Source: Dendrobates tinctorius | Taxonomy: Eukaryota | Direction of reading: 5' to 3' | Length of the DNA stretch: 64,000 nucleotides | Assembly (NCBI RefSeq): GCF_039654945.1 | Contig: NW_027361743.1 | Location: 2,852,001-2,916,000, forward strand | Part shown: positions 1 through 12,971 of the stretch, piece by piece | Layout: each line of letters opens with the position of its first letter | Numbering within the stretch: position 1 is the stretch's first letter | The notes under the pieces: model-generated | The model's database searches: none | What the model was told of the DNA's origin: nothing | Seen by the model: only the letters and a program-made list of their open reading frames with translations | Translations under genes and position numbers: made by a program

Positions 1-511
1 TGTGTGCCTGCTCGCTATGGGAGAAATTAGTTCATGTTCATGCTCATGTTTAGTTCCTCTTGTTTCTCCCTGTAAGCAGCACCCAAGGTGTCTCCTGACT
101 CCGCTAAATCCATCCTTCCATTTAAAGAAAGCTCATAATACTAGTTATAATTAAAACAAGGAGACACGTCCATCACGTTTCACAAGGAGACGAAGGACAT
201 GGCCACAAAATAATCTCTGTTCATAGAAGGAAGAAGAAAAAGTACTAGAATACATGGCCTTCATTCAGACATCCGTGATTTTTTCTTGTACGTAAAAACA
301 AGGACTGTTGTTCATCAACATTTATTATTAGCGTTTGATTAGTTTGTCCGTTTTTACCATCACTGTTTTATCAGTGATTATTTGACAAAATCGATCATGC
401 AGAGGAAGTCTGGGCTGCAGCTGATCCCTGGCTTCCTTGTTATGCTCAATTTGTTCAAAGGCAGGGAGAGTGACGCCGGCGCTGATTGGGCACCGGCGTC
501 ACATGTCACAG

Positions 512-1748
512 TGGGACGCCCTCACACCCAGGGCTGTGGGGTACTCGGTACCGGGCCCGATGAACCACAATGGGAGATGTCATGGCAGCTGGGACCCGGC
601 CCCTGGCCCTGGGTGCCCATTGTAAATAGCAGAAATGTTCATGGAATGATTCGTGACGCCACCTTTGGTGTTCGGCAATGAAGATGTTAAGCCGACACTT
701 CAGACAGATCCTCTGGGACAGATGGTGTGGTGCAGCAATGATGTTATAGCCCTCCACAGGCAGGGCTGTAGTCCCAGGGCAGAGTAGGTGAAGTGACACT
801 TAGATGGTGTAGTGTCGGGCGCAGGGGAGATAGCAGTGCCGGGCAGGTTGACGCAGGAATAAGTGGAGGACACCAGAGCATGTAGTTCCAAAGCTTTACT
901 CACAGTCTGTTGTGGCACAAGAGCCCGCATCCGTGCCGTGTCCTCCGGGTCAGGAGCTCAGTCAACCTCCAGGCAAGATGAAGTACTCCTTTCCAACACT
1001 CCGCCAACATATGTGCCTTTTCTGAACGTCTCCCTTTTGTGCCTATAGTGAAGTACTCTCAGTACTGAATTACACTGGACTTCCTCCTGTCAGATGTTCC
1101 TATGAACTCTACTTGTACGGCAGACAGCTGTAGCCTGCTTCAGGGATTCCTTACTACTAAGTCCCGGCTCACTCACGTTGCTGTTGTGCCCCCAAGTCTT
1201 GTATGGGAATTAAGTGGTGACAACTTCTATTCCACTGGTGTCTATCATAGGACCATTAGTATACATACAACCTCGGGGACCGGACCCTGGCCTTGCGCTG
1301 TGAACTTGAGAAGGGTTCTGCTCTAACCCTGATCCTTAGTCCTCCTCTCCTTACGTTCCGTACTAATCTTTCTTCCTTATGGAGAGAGTTAGGTTTTCCT
1401 TCAATGTCTCTTTCCTGTGCCAGCGGACCCAGGTCACTGAGGTCGGCTGCAGCACTTCCTTCAATCCATCCCACTCAGGGGATCTTCACTCCCCGACTCC
1501 GTGAGTCAGACTGACTAAATCCTAAACTCTTCCCGCTCTTTTGATGCTAACTAACTCCACCCGCCTCCCAGCACGCTTCGAGCTCCAAGCAGGGAGCCAC
1601 CAAAGGGTGCTTTGCTACACTACTATGTTGTGCGGGATGCAGGTGTTGGAGTGTGGTCAGGTGTCTCCACCTTACCTGGATGGTGGGGTACCACACCTCA
1701 GGAGGAGGTGCAATACCCTGTGGCGACTGAACCCTCAGGGACGCCACA
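512..1748 (-). mobile_element. Solo LTR (Gypsy-like), ~1.24 kb
   Basis: TG...CA ends (TGGGACGCC...ACGCCACA); 4-bp TSD ACAG at 508-511 and 1749-1752; similar along its length to 11186-12389. Confidence 0.75.
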
Positions 1749-2324
1749 ACAGCACCTCACTGGAGCCCCAGGGAGAGTGAGTGCCGACACTGTGGGAACA
1801 ATGCCAGCATGGGAGGTTAGTATAGGCTTTATTATTTTGTGGGAACCAAGTGTGGGGTTTGAGAAGAAGTTGTACAAGTACTGGACAACTTCTTTAACAT
1901 TTGTACTTTTTAAAGCATTCTTAATGTACAGCATCTTTTTGCACAATGCTGTCAGATTCCACCAGTGATAAAGTTTGGGTTCCCCTGTATTTTTGATAAC
2001 CAGCCTGGTAAAACTGACAGCTACAAACTGCAACCCTCAGCTGTTAGCGTTAGCAAGTCTGGTTATCAAGAATAGAGGTGTCCCCATGCTGTATTTTATA
2101 TTATTTAAATCAACAATAAAAAAAAACAATGTGGGGTCCCCACCATTTTGGACAACAGTTTTCAACCTGGACGGTGCTGTCCAGGCTGAGAAACACTGAG
2201 GAATGAGCTGTTGCGAGCACTGCCTCAGTGGCTAGTGGTGATGTCATCAAGGTTACCGCAGGCACTGAGGCTGCGTTCTCAGCTGGGTCCCTTAACTACG
2301 GTGGCAAAATGAGAAAAAGTCTAA

Positions 2325-2689
2325 GGGCATGTGCACACGCTGCGGATTCTGCTGCGGATCCGCAGCGGTTTTGGCCGCTGCGGATCCGCAGCAGTTTTTG
2401 CTGTGGTGTACAGTAGCATTCAAACCTATGGGAAAAAAAACGCTGTGCAGACGCTGCGGAATTTTCCGCGCAGATTTGCTGCGGTTTCAAAACCGCAGAA
2501 AGAATTGACATGTCAATTCTTTCTGCGGATTCCGCTGCGGTTTGCCATCTCTTCCATTGTGGAGATGAAAAACCGCAGGGCAATCCGCAGGTAAAACCGC
2601 AGGTCTTTTGACCTGCAGATTTACCTGCGGATTTTACAAAATCCGCGCAGCCAAATCCGCAAAGCATTCCGCAGCGTGTGCACATACCC
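2325..2689. mobile_element. PIF/Harbinger-type palindromic MITE
   Basis: TIR GGGCATGTGCACACGCTGCGG / CCGCAGCGTGTGCACATACCC; flanks TAA/TCA; many internal CCGCA/TGCGG motifs. Confidence 0.8.
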
Positions 2690-2840
2690 TCATTGTGCAG
2701 CGCTGATCTCACCGGTCAGTTCAGTTCAGGGGTACGGCTGGGAATGCAGCCTCGGTGCCTGCGGTAACCTCAATGACATCACTGCTAGTCACTGAGGCGG
2801 TGCTCGCAGCAGCTCATTCTTCAGTGGTTCTCGGTCTGGA

Positions 2841-3630
2841 TGCCACAGTCCAATTCTTGGATCTGTGTCAGATTCGGGATTCCCTCATGTAAACCTTTTT
2901 TTTCCTTTCAGGCCTGGGAGTTTAATATGGGTTTTTGCCCCCGGTGGCCATAGGTGTTATTACATGTCTGTTGTTTTCCCTGCTGATGTGACCACTTCCT
3001 TGGCTATATAAGGTCACATTGTGTATCAGCAGGGGTTGGTGATAACAGTTCCTTTTTGGATTCCAACCACAGTGAAATGAGCAGCTGGCTCTGAGGTGTT
3101 GAGCCACTGCTGAAACCTGGTGAAGTTAGCAGCAGGCTCTGAGGTTTCGAGCCACTGCTGAAACTGGTGCTGAACTCTGCCTGCCCAGTGTCTGCAGCAG
3201 AGATAGATAGTGAAGGTAGCAGCTGGCTCTGATTTGTGGAGCCACTGTTGAAAGTTAATCCGGTGATGAACTCTGCTGCTTGGTGACTGCAGCAGAGAAA
3301 GATAAGTGTTTTGGTGTTTTCCCCTTTTTCCTTCATGTGTATTAGTGCAGCGGTGGGACAGTGTCTCCACTATCCAGTTCCCTAGCAAGGGATAGGTGGA
3401 GGTATAGTGAGGGATTCAGGTATCCTGATTGGTGACAGGTGAAGAGCCTGTATAGGGAATGTTAGGCGTGTTCAGGGACACTGCTTCAGGGGAGTGCAGG
3501 AGGTCTCCACGTCCCCATTCCCTATTGCAGGGCCTACCGTTGTAACGGTTTCCCCGGTGTTCCCCTTTTTGTCTTGTTGTTTTAGTTACCGACCTGCGGG
3601 TCATGTCACACAGGACAGGTACACGTGACA
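2841..3630 (+). mobile_element. Solo LTR, 790 bp, with about four internal 40-60-bp repeats
   Basis: TGCCACA...CGTGACA ends; 5-bp TSD CTGGA at 2836-2840 and 3631-3635; TATA-like TATATAAG at ~3005. Confidence 0.75.
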
Positions 3631-4763
3631 CTGGATGGTTGCATCTTAGCACCACCCAGGTGTGTGCTTATTTACAATCTAACAATGGGATTATTAATGG
3701 ATAGGCATCTTATAGACACCTCTCCATTACTAAGTTGTGGGCTTGATGTCACCAGACAATACAAAGTTGACATCAACGAAACAAATATGAACCCCTACTT
3801 TCCACCACCACAGGACAAGTGGGAAGAGCCAGACAAAGTGCCAGAATTGGTGTTTCTAATAGATGTATCATTTCTGGGCAGCTGTGGGCTGCTATTTTTA
3901 GGCCAGGAGCCTATCCATGGCCCCTTACCAACCTGAGAATACCAGCCTCAGCTGTCTGCTTTACCTTGGCTGGTTGTCAAAAAGGGTGGGGACCCCATTA
4001 TTTAAAATTATTTATTTAAACAAATAAAAATTACGGCGTCGCGACCCCTCTATTCTTGATAACCAGCCTTGCTGAAGCTGACAGCTGAATGTTGCAGCCC
4101 GCAGCTGTCAGTTTTGCCTGGCTGGTTATCAAAAATACAGGGGAACACCACATCATTTTTTAACTTATTTATTTATAGCACAGGTGTCGGCTGATGAATA
4201 CTCCCATCAGACACTGCCTGGCCTCACTGTTAACAGTTAAATAAAACTCTCAACATTGTCTCCTGCTAGAGTTGTTCACAGCGTGAGCAGGGGACAGTGA
4301 TGTGAGCTGTCTTCAATCAGTACCCGGCACCGGGGAACAACGTAAAGAGTATCGCTTATTCCCAGGCACCAGTACGTGTCACATTGATGACACAGGGATG
4401 TCATCCGTGCGTCATCAGTGTGCAAGTGTACGGGATTTTTTGTGGCCCGTGCTGAACTGGAAACACGGACGTCTGAAAGAGCCCTTAGCGAACTTGGTCA
4501 TTTACCGAACTTTGGCCGCCTTTTGCCAATTTTTTAAGAAAAAGGCTCAGGAATCCGAACACGAATCTGAATGTGCAAGGTTCGTGCCGAATTTGAAATT
4601 GGCGAATGTTTTCCAAACAAGTTCGCTCATCTCTACTAGTAATGACCCTTTTATTTAAAATAAGCCCTGGTGGAAGATTCTCGGGGAGATCTTAATAGCT
4701 CATTTACATTTTAAGAAAAACGTGTATTTCTCTGGAATAAAAGATTGGTTTTCAGATATCACG

Positions 4764-5275
4764 TGTCACGGCTCCGCTGTCGTGTGACCCTGGACTTTTC
4801 CTCACCCAGGCAAGAGGGGAGCTGCAGTGCACCACAGTACACCAACCAGACGAACAAGGCAAGACGAACAAGGGTAACTGAAAATACCAGATGTACAAAT
4901 TTTCACTCACATGTAACAGAGGAATGCACTGGTGAGTGGAGGATAGGGATAAACCAAAATAAGAGAAGAGAAGGGAATTATCACACTTGCAAACCCATGC
5001 AACAGTCACAGAAAACTACTTCACACTCCTTATCACATAAACACCTCTCCTCCAAGCCGTGCAGCATAAACTAGCTCTGACGTGGGTTTGAATCAGGACC
5101 CTGATTATATAGGGGATGGGAGAGGCTGAACGAGCCCAGCTGAGAGCTCAGACTCCCAGAGGTCCGAACATGGCCGATTAACCCCTGTTCTGTCAAAAGA
5201 AACAAACACCATTTAAAAAGAAAGAGAAATGCTTCTTTTCATTGCAGGAGCAGCAGCAATCAGACGCTGCGGTCA
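4764..5275 (-). mobile_element. Truncated LTR-like fragment
   Basis: Begins TGTCACG; TATA-like motif on the minus strand at ~5105; no second end or TSD found. Confidence 0.4.
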
Positions 5276-5422
5276 TTTTATTCAACTTTTTATGATTTGC
5301 ATGCCCACAATTCCTACAGTGAAACCTTTATTATTTGTGAGCTTAACCTTTTGCATTTATCGTGTTCCTAGTTTGCTACTTTTTGTTATGTGTTGTTTTA
5401 ATAGGCTGGAAATAAAGCTTAC

Positions 5423-5581
5423 CAGTTTTCACAGTTTGCCAACCTAATGAGAAAGGACTTCGGGCTTGTAAGTTGTAATAGAGGATAGGGCTGTGATTGT
5501 CAGCACAGGGACTCCACGACAGGGTGGCTGTACTTTCTGTAATTTCCTCCACAATCACCACCCCGGGTGAACCAGGTGGAC
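5423..5581 (-). CDS. cntn5: Contactin-5 coding exon, N-terminal half of first fibronectin type III domain (159 nt, phase 1-1)
   Basis: Translates (G)[52 protein letters not shown], recognisably CNTN5; acceptor TTTTCCAG| and donor |GTAAG. Confidence 0.93.
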
Positions 5582-5691
5582 CTGGAAAAGAAGACACCAA
5601 GAAAGCGTAAAGTAATACTGTATATATAGTCTATCTATCTATTATCTATCTATCTACTTATCTATGTATCCATCCCATATCTACCTATCTA

Positions 5692-5918
5692 CAGTTGTGG
5701 CCAAAAGTATTGACACCCCTGCAATTCTGTCAGATAATACTCAGTTTCTTCCTAAAAAATGATTGCAAACACAAATTCTTTGGTATTATTATCTTCATTT
5801 AATTTGTCTTAAATGAAAAAACACAAAAGAGAATGAAGCAAAAAGCAAAACATTGATCATTTCACACAAAACTCCAAAAATGGGCCAGACAAAAGTATTG
5901 GCACCCTCAGCCTAATAC
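5692..5918. mobile_element. Tc1-like terminal fragment (IR/DR-type end)
   Basis: TA-CAGTTGTGGCCAAAAGTATTGACACCC with a second AAAAGTATTGGCACCC direct repeat ~190 bp inside. Confidence 0.7.
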
Positions 5919-6439
5919 TGATTCCTTTAGAAATTTAGAAATGTCCTTCTTGGTTCAACATATCCCAAGATGAGTGGAATGAGTTTACCAGGTTGAAAAA
6001 AACAAACAAACAAAAAACCCACAACTTCCGGTTACTCTGCCAGGAGATGTTTCTGCTGTATGTGTCCTAAACTTCATTTCTCAGACTAAAAATTCATCAG
6101 TTATCCTAACACACTAGCAAAACCATCACAACCATTTACATCATGACCACTGTGCAGCCAAAAAGTTACATTTTTCTGCAACAATAATTTCTGACAATAT
6201 CGCAAAATCATGTTTTGTTTGTTTCTAGTCATCTATCATCGCTCTTCTTGGGATATGATGGATAAAGAGATATGTGAATCTCCCAAAATATCATTTGGGC
6301 AGATTTGCACAACTTTGGCTGGCAAATTTAATATGGTCTGAATAAACTAAGTCTAGATCAAAACTGGCACAAAAGCTTTGAAGAAGCAAAACAGAATGGG
6401 CCCATCATGTAACCAGTAATGCTGCAACTTCTCCAAAAA

Positions 6440-6680
6440 GTGTTCCAGGAGCCGTTTTTCAACATGTCTATGTCAGGGTGCCTGTCGTTCGTGCTACTCT
6501 AAGTACTATCATGGCCTGCAGAGTCTCTGGACTTGTCTCCCATTGAGCACATCTAGGAATGTCATTGGTCGGCAACTGCAAAAGTAGCTGCCAGCAGCGG
6601 ATCTTGATGATCAGAGTGCTCAAGTGCATTCAGTGTAGCAGAACAATCCTCAGCCAGCCATTAAAGGAATTTTACACCTC
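6440..6680 (+). mobile_element. Degraded Tc1 transposase C-terminal fragment
   Basis: TGGCCTGCAGAGTCTCTGGACTTGTCTCCCATTGAGCACATC encodes WPAESLDLSPIEHI, matching the WPxxSPDLxPIE motif. Confidence 0.65.
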
Positions 6681-7824
6681 TTGTGGCAACTTTTTTTTTA
6701 TAAAAGCATGTAATTTGGGCATTGCAATTGTGTTTCATTACAAATTTTGACCCTGTAAGAGCAAAATGGTGCAAAATTTGCAGTGATACCCAAAAAAACA
6801 ACCTCTTTAATAACCTCATTGATGGCAGCAAAAGGCTGTAAGTGCGGGGATTTCTGTGTGACAGGCACTCATACTCCAAACTGAATAATTTGAGATGTTT
6901 TGAATTGGTTGTTTCAAAAATTGCGCCATTTTTCCTACTTGGTGTTACAATTTCCATGTTGAGGAGTGTACGTGTAGGTCTTGGATAATGAATTCTCTAA
7001 GTATTTAAAAATGGGTTTTCTTCTAGCCAAGACAACCTCTAATAATTCTAATGTACCCGAGCCGGTAATAGGGTGGTGGGCTGCTCTATGGGTCATTTCC
7101 ATATAATCGCTCATATTCCTGTCCCACATGTCTGGAGGATCCGCAGCCTTCCACATTGTAAATCAGTAGAAAACTTTTAGAATTGGAAGCCAAGTGACAA
7201 ATGTGATTCATTACCGGGACTTCACATATATTACATGTTGACAATCAAATTTCACAGCGCTTGAGATATATAAAGAAAAGGTTGGATCGCAGGCAAAGTC
7301 TTTATGCTGCAAAAAAAAAAAAGCACTTTGGAAGGCTGAGAAGTGGCAATGTATCAAGCTGTAGTCACCAGTGAAGAATTTGTGACAGGCAGCCAGGACC
7401 CGCTATGCAGATGTCATTCCTCTCATTGCTATATCATTACATTTTAGGCCGGGTGGTAATCATTCATGCTGTCAGCTGGATGGTTAGGCTGGAGAATCCT
7501 TTCTTCCCAGGGGCAATATTACTCCTCAGAATCACTCTTAAGCAATAGGAGAATAACCAATTTGGGGAGGAAAAAAAAAAAAAGAATGCGGAACCTTGTA
7601 AAATCATCAAAAAAGACATCCTTGAATGGCCTCAAATGGATTCAATGACTATTCCTTCTTTTTTTTTTCCTAAAATTTCCATTTTTGTAATTTTTTTTTT
7701 CCCCAAAAGACCCTTTTGACATTGTGGAAGAAAAGTTAGAGGTCGTTCCGTTCTAAGAGTATAATTAGATTTATTTTAAAGGTAATGTCCGTATTTCATG
7801 TTGTGTCTAAATCTCACGGCAGTA

Positions 7825-7900
7825 GCCACTAGGGGGAGCTTTGGAGAGTTAAAAAATATTAAACAGTATGCAGTTAAATCCTTGGCGCCATCTAGTGGTG
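7825..7900. promoter_or_regulatory. Two convergent CTCF-like motifs
   Basis: GCCACTAGGGGGAGC (+, 7825-7839) and CACCACTAGATGGCGC (-, 7900-7885) match the CTCF core consensus. Binding is not demonstrated. Confidence 0.45.
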
Positions 7901-8432
7901 GCTGCAGGAAGCCAAAATTACATCAATTAAAATATTGCATCCCTGAATCACATTTCGTCATATCTCCACTTAATTCATATTTCCATGGACAATTTATAGA
8001 TAGAAAAAGAGCACAATGCAAAATAACAAATCCATAATCTCCTTCCATGTGTAAAGATTTATTTTGTTAAATGATTTTAGTCATTTCACTGCCATCATCT
8101 GTACTCCAAGTGAGTTAAAAGTCGATAAATATACTGGGGAAAATTGGATATGGAAATAATTTACATGCATTTTAATTGACATGCATTTTTTAAAATCTTT
8201 TTAAAGGGATGAATATCCTTAAAAAAGTGATATTCAAACTTTTATAACTTTCCATGATGGACAGAGTTATAAAAAAAGCTTTGTTCCTCTTCAATGCTTT
8301 TTTCTTTTCCATAAAAATTGGAAAAATTGGACAAATACTGTTCTAGTGGTGCCATGACATATTGGGGTGGGAAATAAGTGTTCGGAGGATCAGGAGAGAT
8401 GTTGGTGAATCTTCTACTCATTGTCACTTTCA

Positions 8433-8567
8433 GGCTGGTTTTACACATTCATCAATCAGGATTTGAGTACGGACCATGCTGTCCAAGTTCGGATCGGGAG
8501 ACCTGCGGAAGGTAAGGACAATATGGTCCACTCTTGGACTGTGGATATCGGATGTGTGAAACTAGCC
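8433..8567. mobile_element. Short Harbinger-type MITE
   Basis: GGCTGGTTTTACACAT...ATGTGTGAAACTAGCC inverted ends; TCA/TAA flanks. Confidence 0.55.
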
Positions 8568-8582
8568 TAAATGGCAGCTTAA

Positions 8583-9160
8583 AGGGAATCTGTCACCCCA
8601 TTTTTGGCCTATAAGATGCGGCCACCGCCATCAGGGGCTTATCTACAGCATTACAGAATGCTGTAGATAAGCCCCAAATATAACCTGAAAGATGAGAAAA
8701 ACTAGTTAGATTATACTCACCGGGGGGCGGGGGTGATGAGTGTCACGGTGTGGTCCGGCGCCTCCCATCTTCTAGCGATGACGTCCTCCTTCTTACCTCT
8801 GCGGTGGCTCCTGCACAGGCGTACTTTATCTGCCCTGTTGAGGGCAGAGCAGAGAATTGCAGTGCGCCTGCGCCATGAAAGATCAGAGAGGCCCGGCGCC
8901 TGCGCAGGAGCCGCAGCAGAAGTAAGAAGGAGGACGTCATTGCTAGATGAAGGGAGGTGCCGGACCGGACCGCGACACCCACTGCACTCGTTTTTCTTAT
9001 CTTTCAGGTTATATCGGGGGCTTATTCACTGCACCCACTTGTTTTTCTTATTGTTCAGGTTACATCGGGGGCTTATCTACAGCATTACAGAACGCTGCAG
9101 ATAAGCCCCTGATGGCGGCGGCCGCATCTCATAGGCCGAAAATGAGATGACAGATTCTCT
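8583..9160. mobile_element. T2/Kolobok-type palindromic MITE
   Basis: TTAA TSD on both sides; ends AGGGAATCTGTCA / TGACAGATTCTCT; nested inverted arms (8583-8690/9040-9160 and 8750-8835/8885-8970). Confidence 0.85.
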
Positions 9161-10937
9161 TTAAAAGAAAAATGTTTCTTGACCCATTAGTAACTAGGCT
9201 ATTACTCTGTTTCACCCCCATACTTTACACTGCAGCTCCATCTTATCAACGATTTTTCAAGCTCTGAATCCAGGGATTTAGTTTAGGAAGCAGGACCAGA
9301 CTTTGTCCGGCATACAGCACTATCTTCAAGTGCCAACATATTAAGACGTTGACTTGTCAAACAAGGCTGTCCTGTCTGCATTCTACAACCCCCATATGTA
9401 AAAAAACGAGGGGAAAAATGATCGGTTTCGAAGGAAATTGCTAAAATTTTTGCAAACCACTTCCACCACCATCTTGTACATGTCATGGTGTAGAAGCCGG
9501 TGAATAGAGCTGAGCTTGGTCGGTGCACAGTGGGTGCCGACTGTGTTTACTGCCAGCACATGCCTCTATAAGTAGTGACCGGATCTAGCTCCAGTCGCTG
9601 CTGTTTCTCCATTTAGATACCATTGTCAATTACCAAAAGCAGCACCGGTGAGGGCTCCAATATGGTGCCCATCGGTCGCGCAATCATAGGGAACTCTGCC
9701 ATGTAACAGCAATGTGGATCATCCTGCCTAATCTTGTATTATTGTAGTATAGAGAGCAAACAATCAAACGAAGGCAGGTTCAAATCCCACATGGGGACTA
9801 AAAAATAAAGCATGCAATAAAATAAAAAATGCATAAAAATCAAATGATCGCCTGCTTCTCCAGTTAAAAATTCAAAAATAAGAATCTTCCATATGTCAAA
9901 ATCCAAAAAAGTCCAATGTATCAAGATATTAAAAGAGATAACCTGAAAAATAAAAGTCATAAAGAGAAATAAAAGATCAAAACCCCAGAGTCAACGATAC
10001 TAGGACACTTCACCCCACACCAAAAAAAAAAAAAACACAACAGAAAGTGATGATATTGTCATATATACCCAAATGGTACCATGAAAAAATGAAGTTTGGC
10101 ACGCAAAAAGAAAAAAAAAAACAGCATCGATGAAAAAATAAAAGTAAAGCTGCAGCATTAAGCGAGGGCCTCATGATATTCATTTCTCCGAGTCGTATCG
10201 CTTGCCTTTCCTTTTTACCATAAGCGACCGCAAAAAAATAAATAAGAAAAAAATAAATTACTTTTTCCCTCCTTACAATGTGCTAAGCTATAAAAAGTAT
10301 GGGAATGCTTGGAAAATTCTTCGCGGCCACATTCGGAATGTGTCAGCGCCTTCACCATTGTGATTGCCCGTGTACGGCACTTATCTTCATTACATGCCTT
10401 TAAATTGCATTCCCTTCTGTTTTATACTGAGAAATCGCAATTTGTGATTAAAACCTCCGTCCGTAGAGGAGGGCTGCGGACTATTTGCTGGCGCGATAGA
10501 AATAAGGCGATGCCTTTTATGATAATGCATCATCATCAGAACAGAAAATAGATGTAAGTGCATCTGATTTTCCGGTAAATCAAGCGAGACGTTTCGCCAT
10601 GATAACATAGGCCTGTTGTGCTGTGTTCAGTCTTGTGAGCAGAAGGTTATAACGCAGTGAATGGGTGGCATTTCGAAGATTAACTTATGTTCCGGCAGAG
10701 GGAACACGGGCTAAGCACTATTTCCTTGCTGACTTTCTGTTTTGCTTTTCTTTTTTAGTGTTACTCTGTTGCTAAGAGTTGCTACTTTTCAAATTAATGA
10801 GCCGATCGTTTCGGGGATAAATGTTTGTAAATACAATGGCTACACAAATTCGGTCTTCCTACTGTAAAACATAAAAAAAAATAAATTAAAAAATCAAGGA
10901 AATTTGCTGGAGAGATGCAGATGTGACCACTAGTGAT

Positions 10938-12437
10938 TAGTGATGAGCGAGCGTGCTCGGGTGTCCTCTGAGTATTTTGGCATGCTCGGAGTTTTAGTTT
11001 CTGTCGCCGCAGCTGTATGATTTGAGGCTGCTGGACAGCCTGAATACATGTGGGAAGTTCCTAACAAAGGGTGTGTGCACACGTTGCGGATTCACTGAGG
11101 ATCCGCAGCGGTTTTGGTCCTGCGGATCCGCAGCAGTTTCTAAATCTCTGAGCACATGCAAATACTTAGAGGACACCCGAGCATGTGACTCGCCCCCAGA
11201 GGCCGATGCCGGGCCCATTGATTTCAATGGGAGATGTCACAGTGGCAGTGACCCGGTCCGTTGCCTCAGGCGGTCAATGTAAAAGGGGTAGAGTGATGGG
11301 GATAGAGTTTATGAGATGACTTGTGACGCCACCTGTGGTTTCTGGTCAGTGACCAGCGCTGCAGGGTTGCTTCTCTGGGACAGATGGTGTGGTGCAGCAA
11401 TGGTGTTGTAGCCCTCCACAGGTAGGGCTGTAGTCCCAGGGCAGTAGTAATAGGTGTGGAGGGAAAGGGTGCAGTGTTAGGCACAGGGATGTAGCAGTGC
11501 TGAGTGGGTTGATGCAGGAAGAACGAAATGAGACAGCTGAGTGCAGTTCCAGTTCTTTTACTCACGTTCCTGGCACAGACAGGTGCCCGCTTCAATGCTG
11601 CGGTCTCCAGATCAGGGGCTCAGCCAACTCCCAGGCAGATGGAATTAACCTCTCCAGCACTCCCTTTCGTGTGCCTGTTCTGAATGTCTCCTTTATAGCG
11701 CTTATATGAGGTACTTGCAGTACTGAGTTACACTGCAGTTCCTCCTGCTTGATGTTACTCAAACTCCACTCGCATGACAAGTGACTGTAGCCTGCTTTGG
11801 GGACTCCATCCGTCATATCCCAGCTAACACTTAGGTTGCCACCGTGTCTTCGAGTCTTTTGTGGGAACAGAGTGATCACAAGTCCTATTCCTCTGGTTTC
11901 TGCTGCAGGAACATTAGTTTCACAAACAGCCTCGGAGACCAGACTCTGGCTATGCGCTTCAAACTTGAGGAAGGGCTCTGCTCTGACCCTAGTCCTTAGT
12001 TCTCTTCTCCTTATGTTCCGTACTAATCTTTCTTGCTTCTGAAGAATCAGGCTTTCTATTGCTCTTTCCCGTGCCAGCAGATCCAGGTCACTGAAGTCTG
12101 CTGCAGCACTTCCTTTCATTCCATCCCTCTCTGGGGATCTTCTCTCACCAACTGACCACTTCCTATCATTCTCCTGCTCTCTTGTGTCATCTCGGCTCCA
12201 CCCATCACTCAGCACTCTTTGTGTTCCAAGCAGGGAGCCACAAAGGGTGCTCTGCTATTCTAAAGTGTTTGTGTTGGATGTGAGTGGTGGAGTCTGGTCA
12301 GGTGTTCCATCTTACCTGGGAAATGGGATACTACACCTCAGGAGGAGGTGCAGTACCTCTGTGGCGACTGAACCCTCAGTGGTGCCACACATGCTCGAAA
12401 TCTCGAGTAACGAGTATACTCTACTCGCTTATTGCTA
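10938..12437. mobile_element. hAT-type MITE (TAGTGATGAGCG ends) interrupted by a Harbinger fragment and a solo LTR
   Basis: Ends TAGTGATGAGCG / CGCTTATTGCTA; 8-bp TSD CTAGTGAT at 10930-10937 and 12438-12445. Confidence 0.7.
11186..12389 (-). mobile_element. Solo LTR (Gypsy-like), same family as 512-1748
   Basis: TGACTCGCCCC...GGTGCCACA ends; 4-bp TSD CATG at 11182-11185 and 12390-12393; shared blocks such as CTCTGGGACAGATGGTGTGGTGCAGCAATG and CACCTCAGGAGGAGGTGCA. Confidence 0.75.
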
Positions 12438-12448
12438 CTAGTGATCAC

Positions 12449-12971
12449 TGGTGATGAGCACAAGTGCTTGTTACTCGAGTTTGCCTGACAAACACAGGCA
12501 ATCTTCACATGTTTTGTGGCGAAACATGCAACCGCTGGGGCTGGAACATGTCACTCCAGCACCTACGATCAAGTACGGACTGGAGCTGAAATTCAGCCCT
12601 GGCATTTGAAATCGCACAGGACCATGTTGTCCCCGTACCCAAGAACCAGATGGGATATATTACTAATATTACCCTTCTTGGAGGAAAGGAAGATTTACTA
12701 CAGGACCAATATTTCTAATGATACCCGTGGCCTGCTGGGGTAAGTGACAGAGTCAGCGACTTTGTGGTCCGTCACAACTGTTAACAGTATGGGTGTCTTG
12801 AGAACACGGATTATGTTAACAATGTAGCAGACAAGGCAGCCCACGACCAGACAGGCCCTTTTGGCATTTGCCAGAATTGCCAGATGGCCAGTCCGGCCCT
12901 GTCTACGATAATCGGTGCGTACCGGAGTACCCTAGGTAAACTCGACTAACATGTACTTGGGCACATCACTA
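12449..12971. mobile_element. Second hAT-type MITE of the TAGTGATGAGC family
   Basis: Ends TGGTGATGAGC / GCACATCACTA; TSD GTGATCAC / GTGACCAC. Confidence 0.6.

Larger units (their letters stand above)
257..4484. mobile_element. Large non-autonomous PIF/Harbinger-like DNA element with internal inverted repeats, hosting three younger insertions
   Basis: Imperfect terminal IR (left GGCCTTCATTCAGACATCCGTG, right CACGGACGTCTGAAAGAGCCC followed by TTA). Internal inverted pairs at ~1996-2078/4048-4140 and ~2191-2284/2737-2829. Left boundary approximate. Confidence 0.5.

Noticed and set aside
512-12389. Two related LTRs as the ends of one retrotransposon enclosing the cntn5 exon
   Set aside because: Each has its own TSD (ACAG, CATG), they are visibly diverged, and there is no gag/pol between them.
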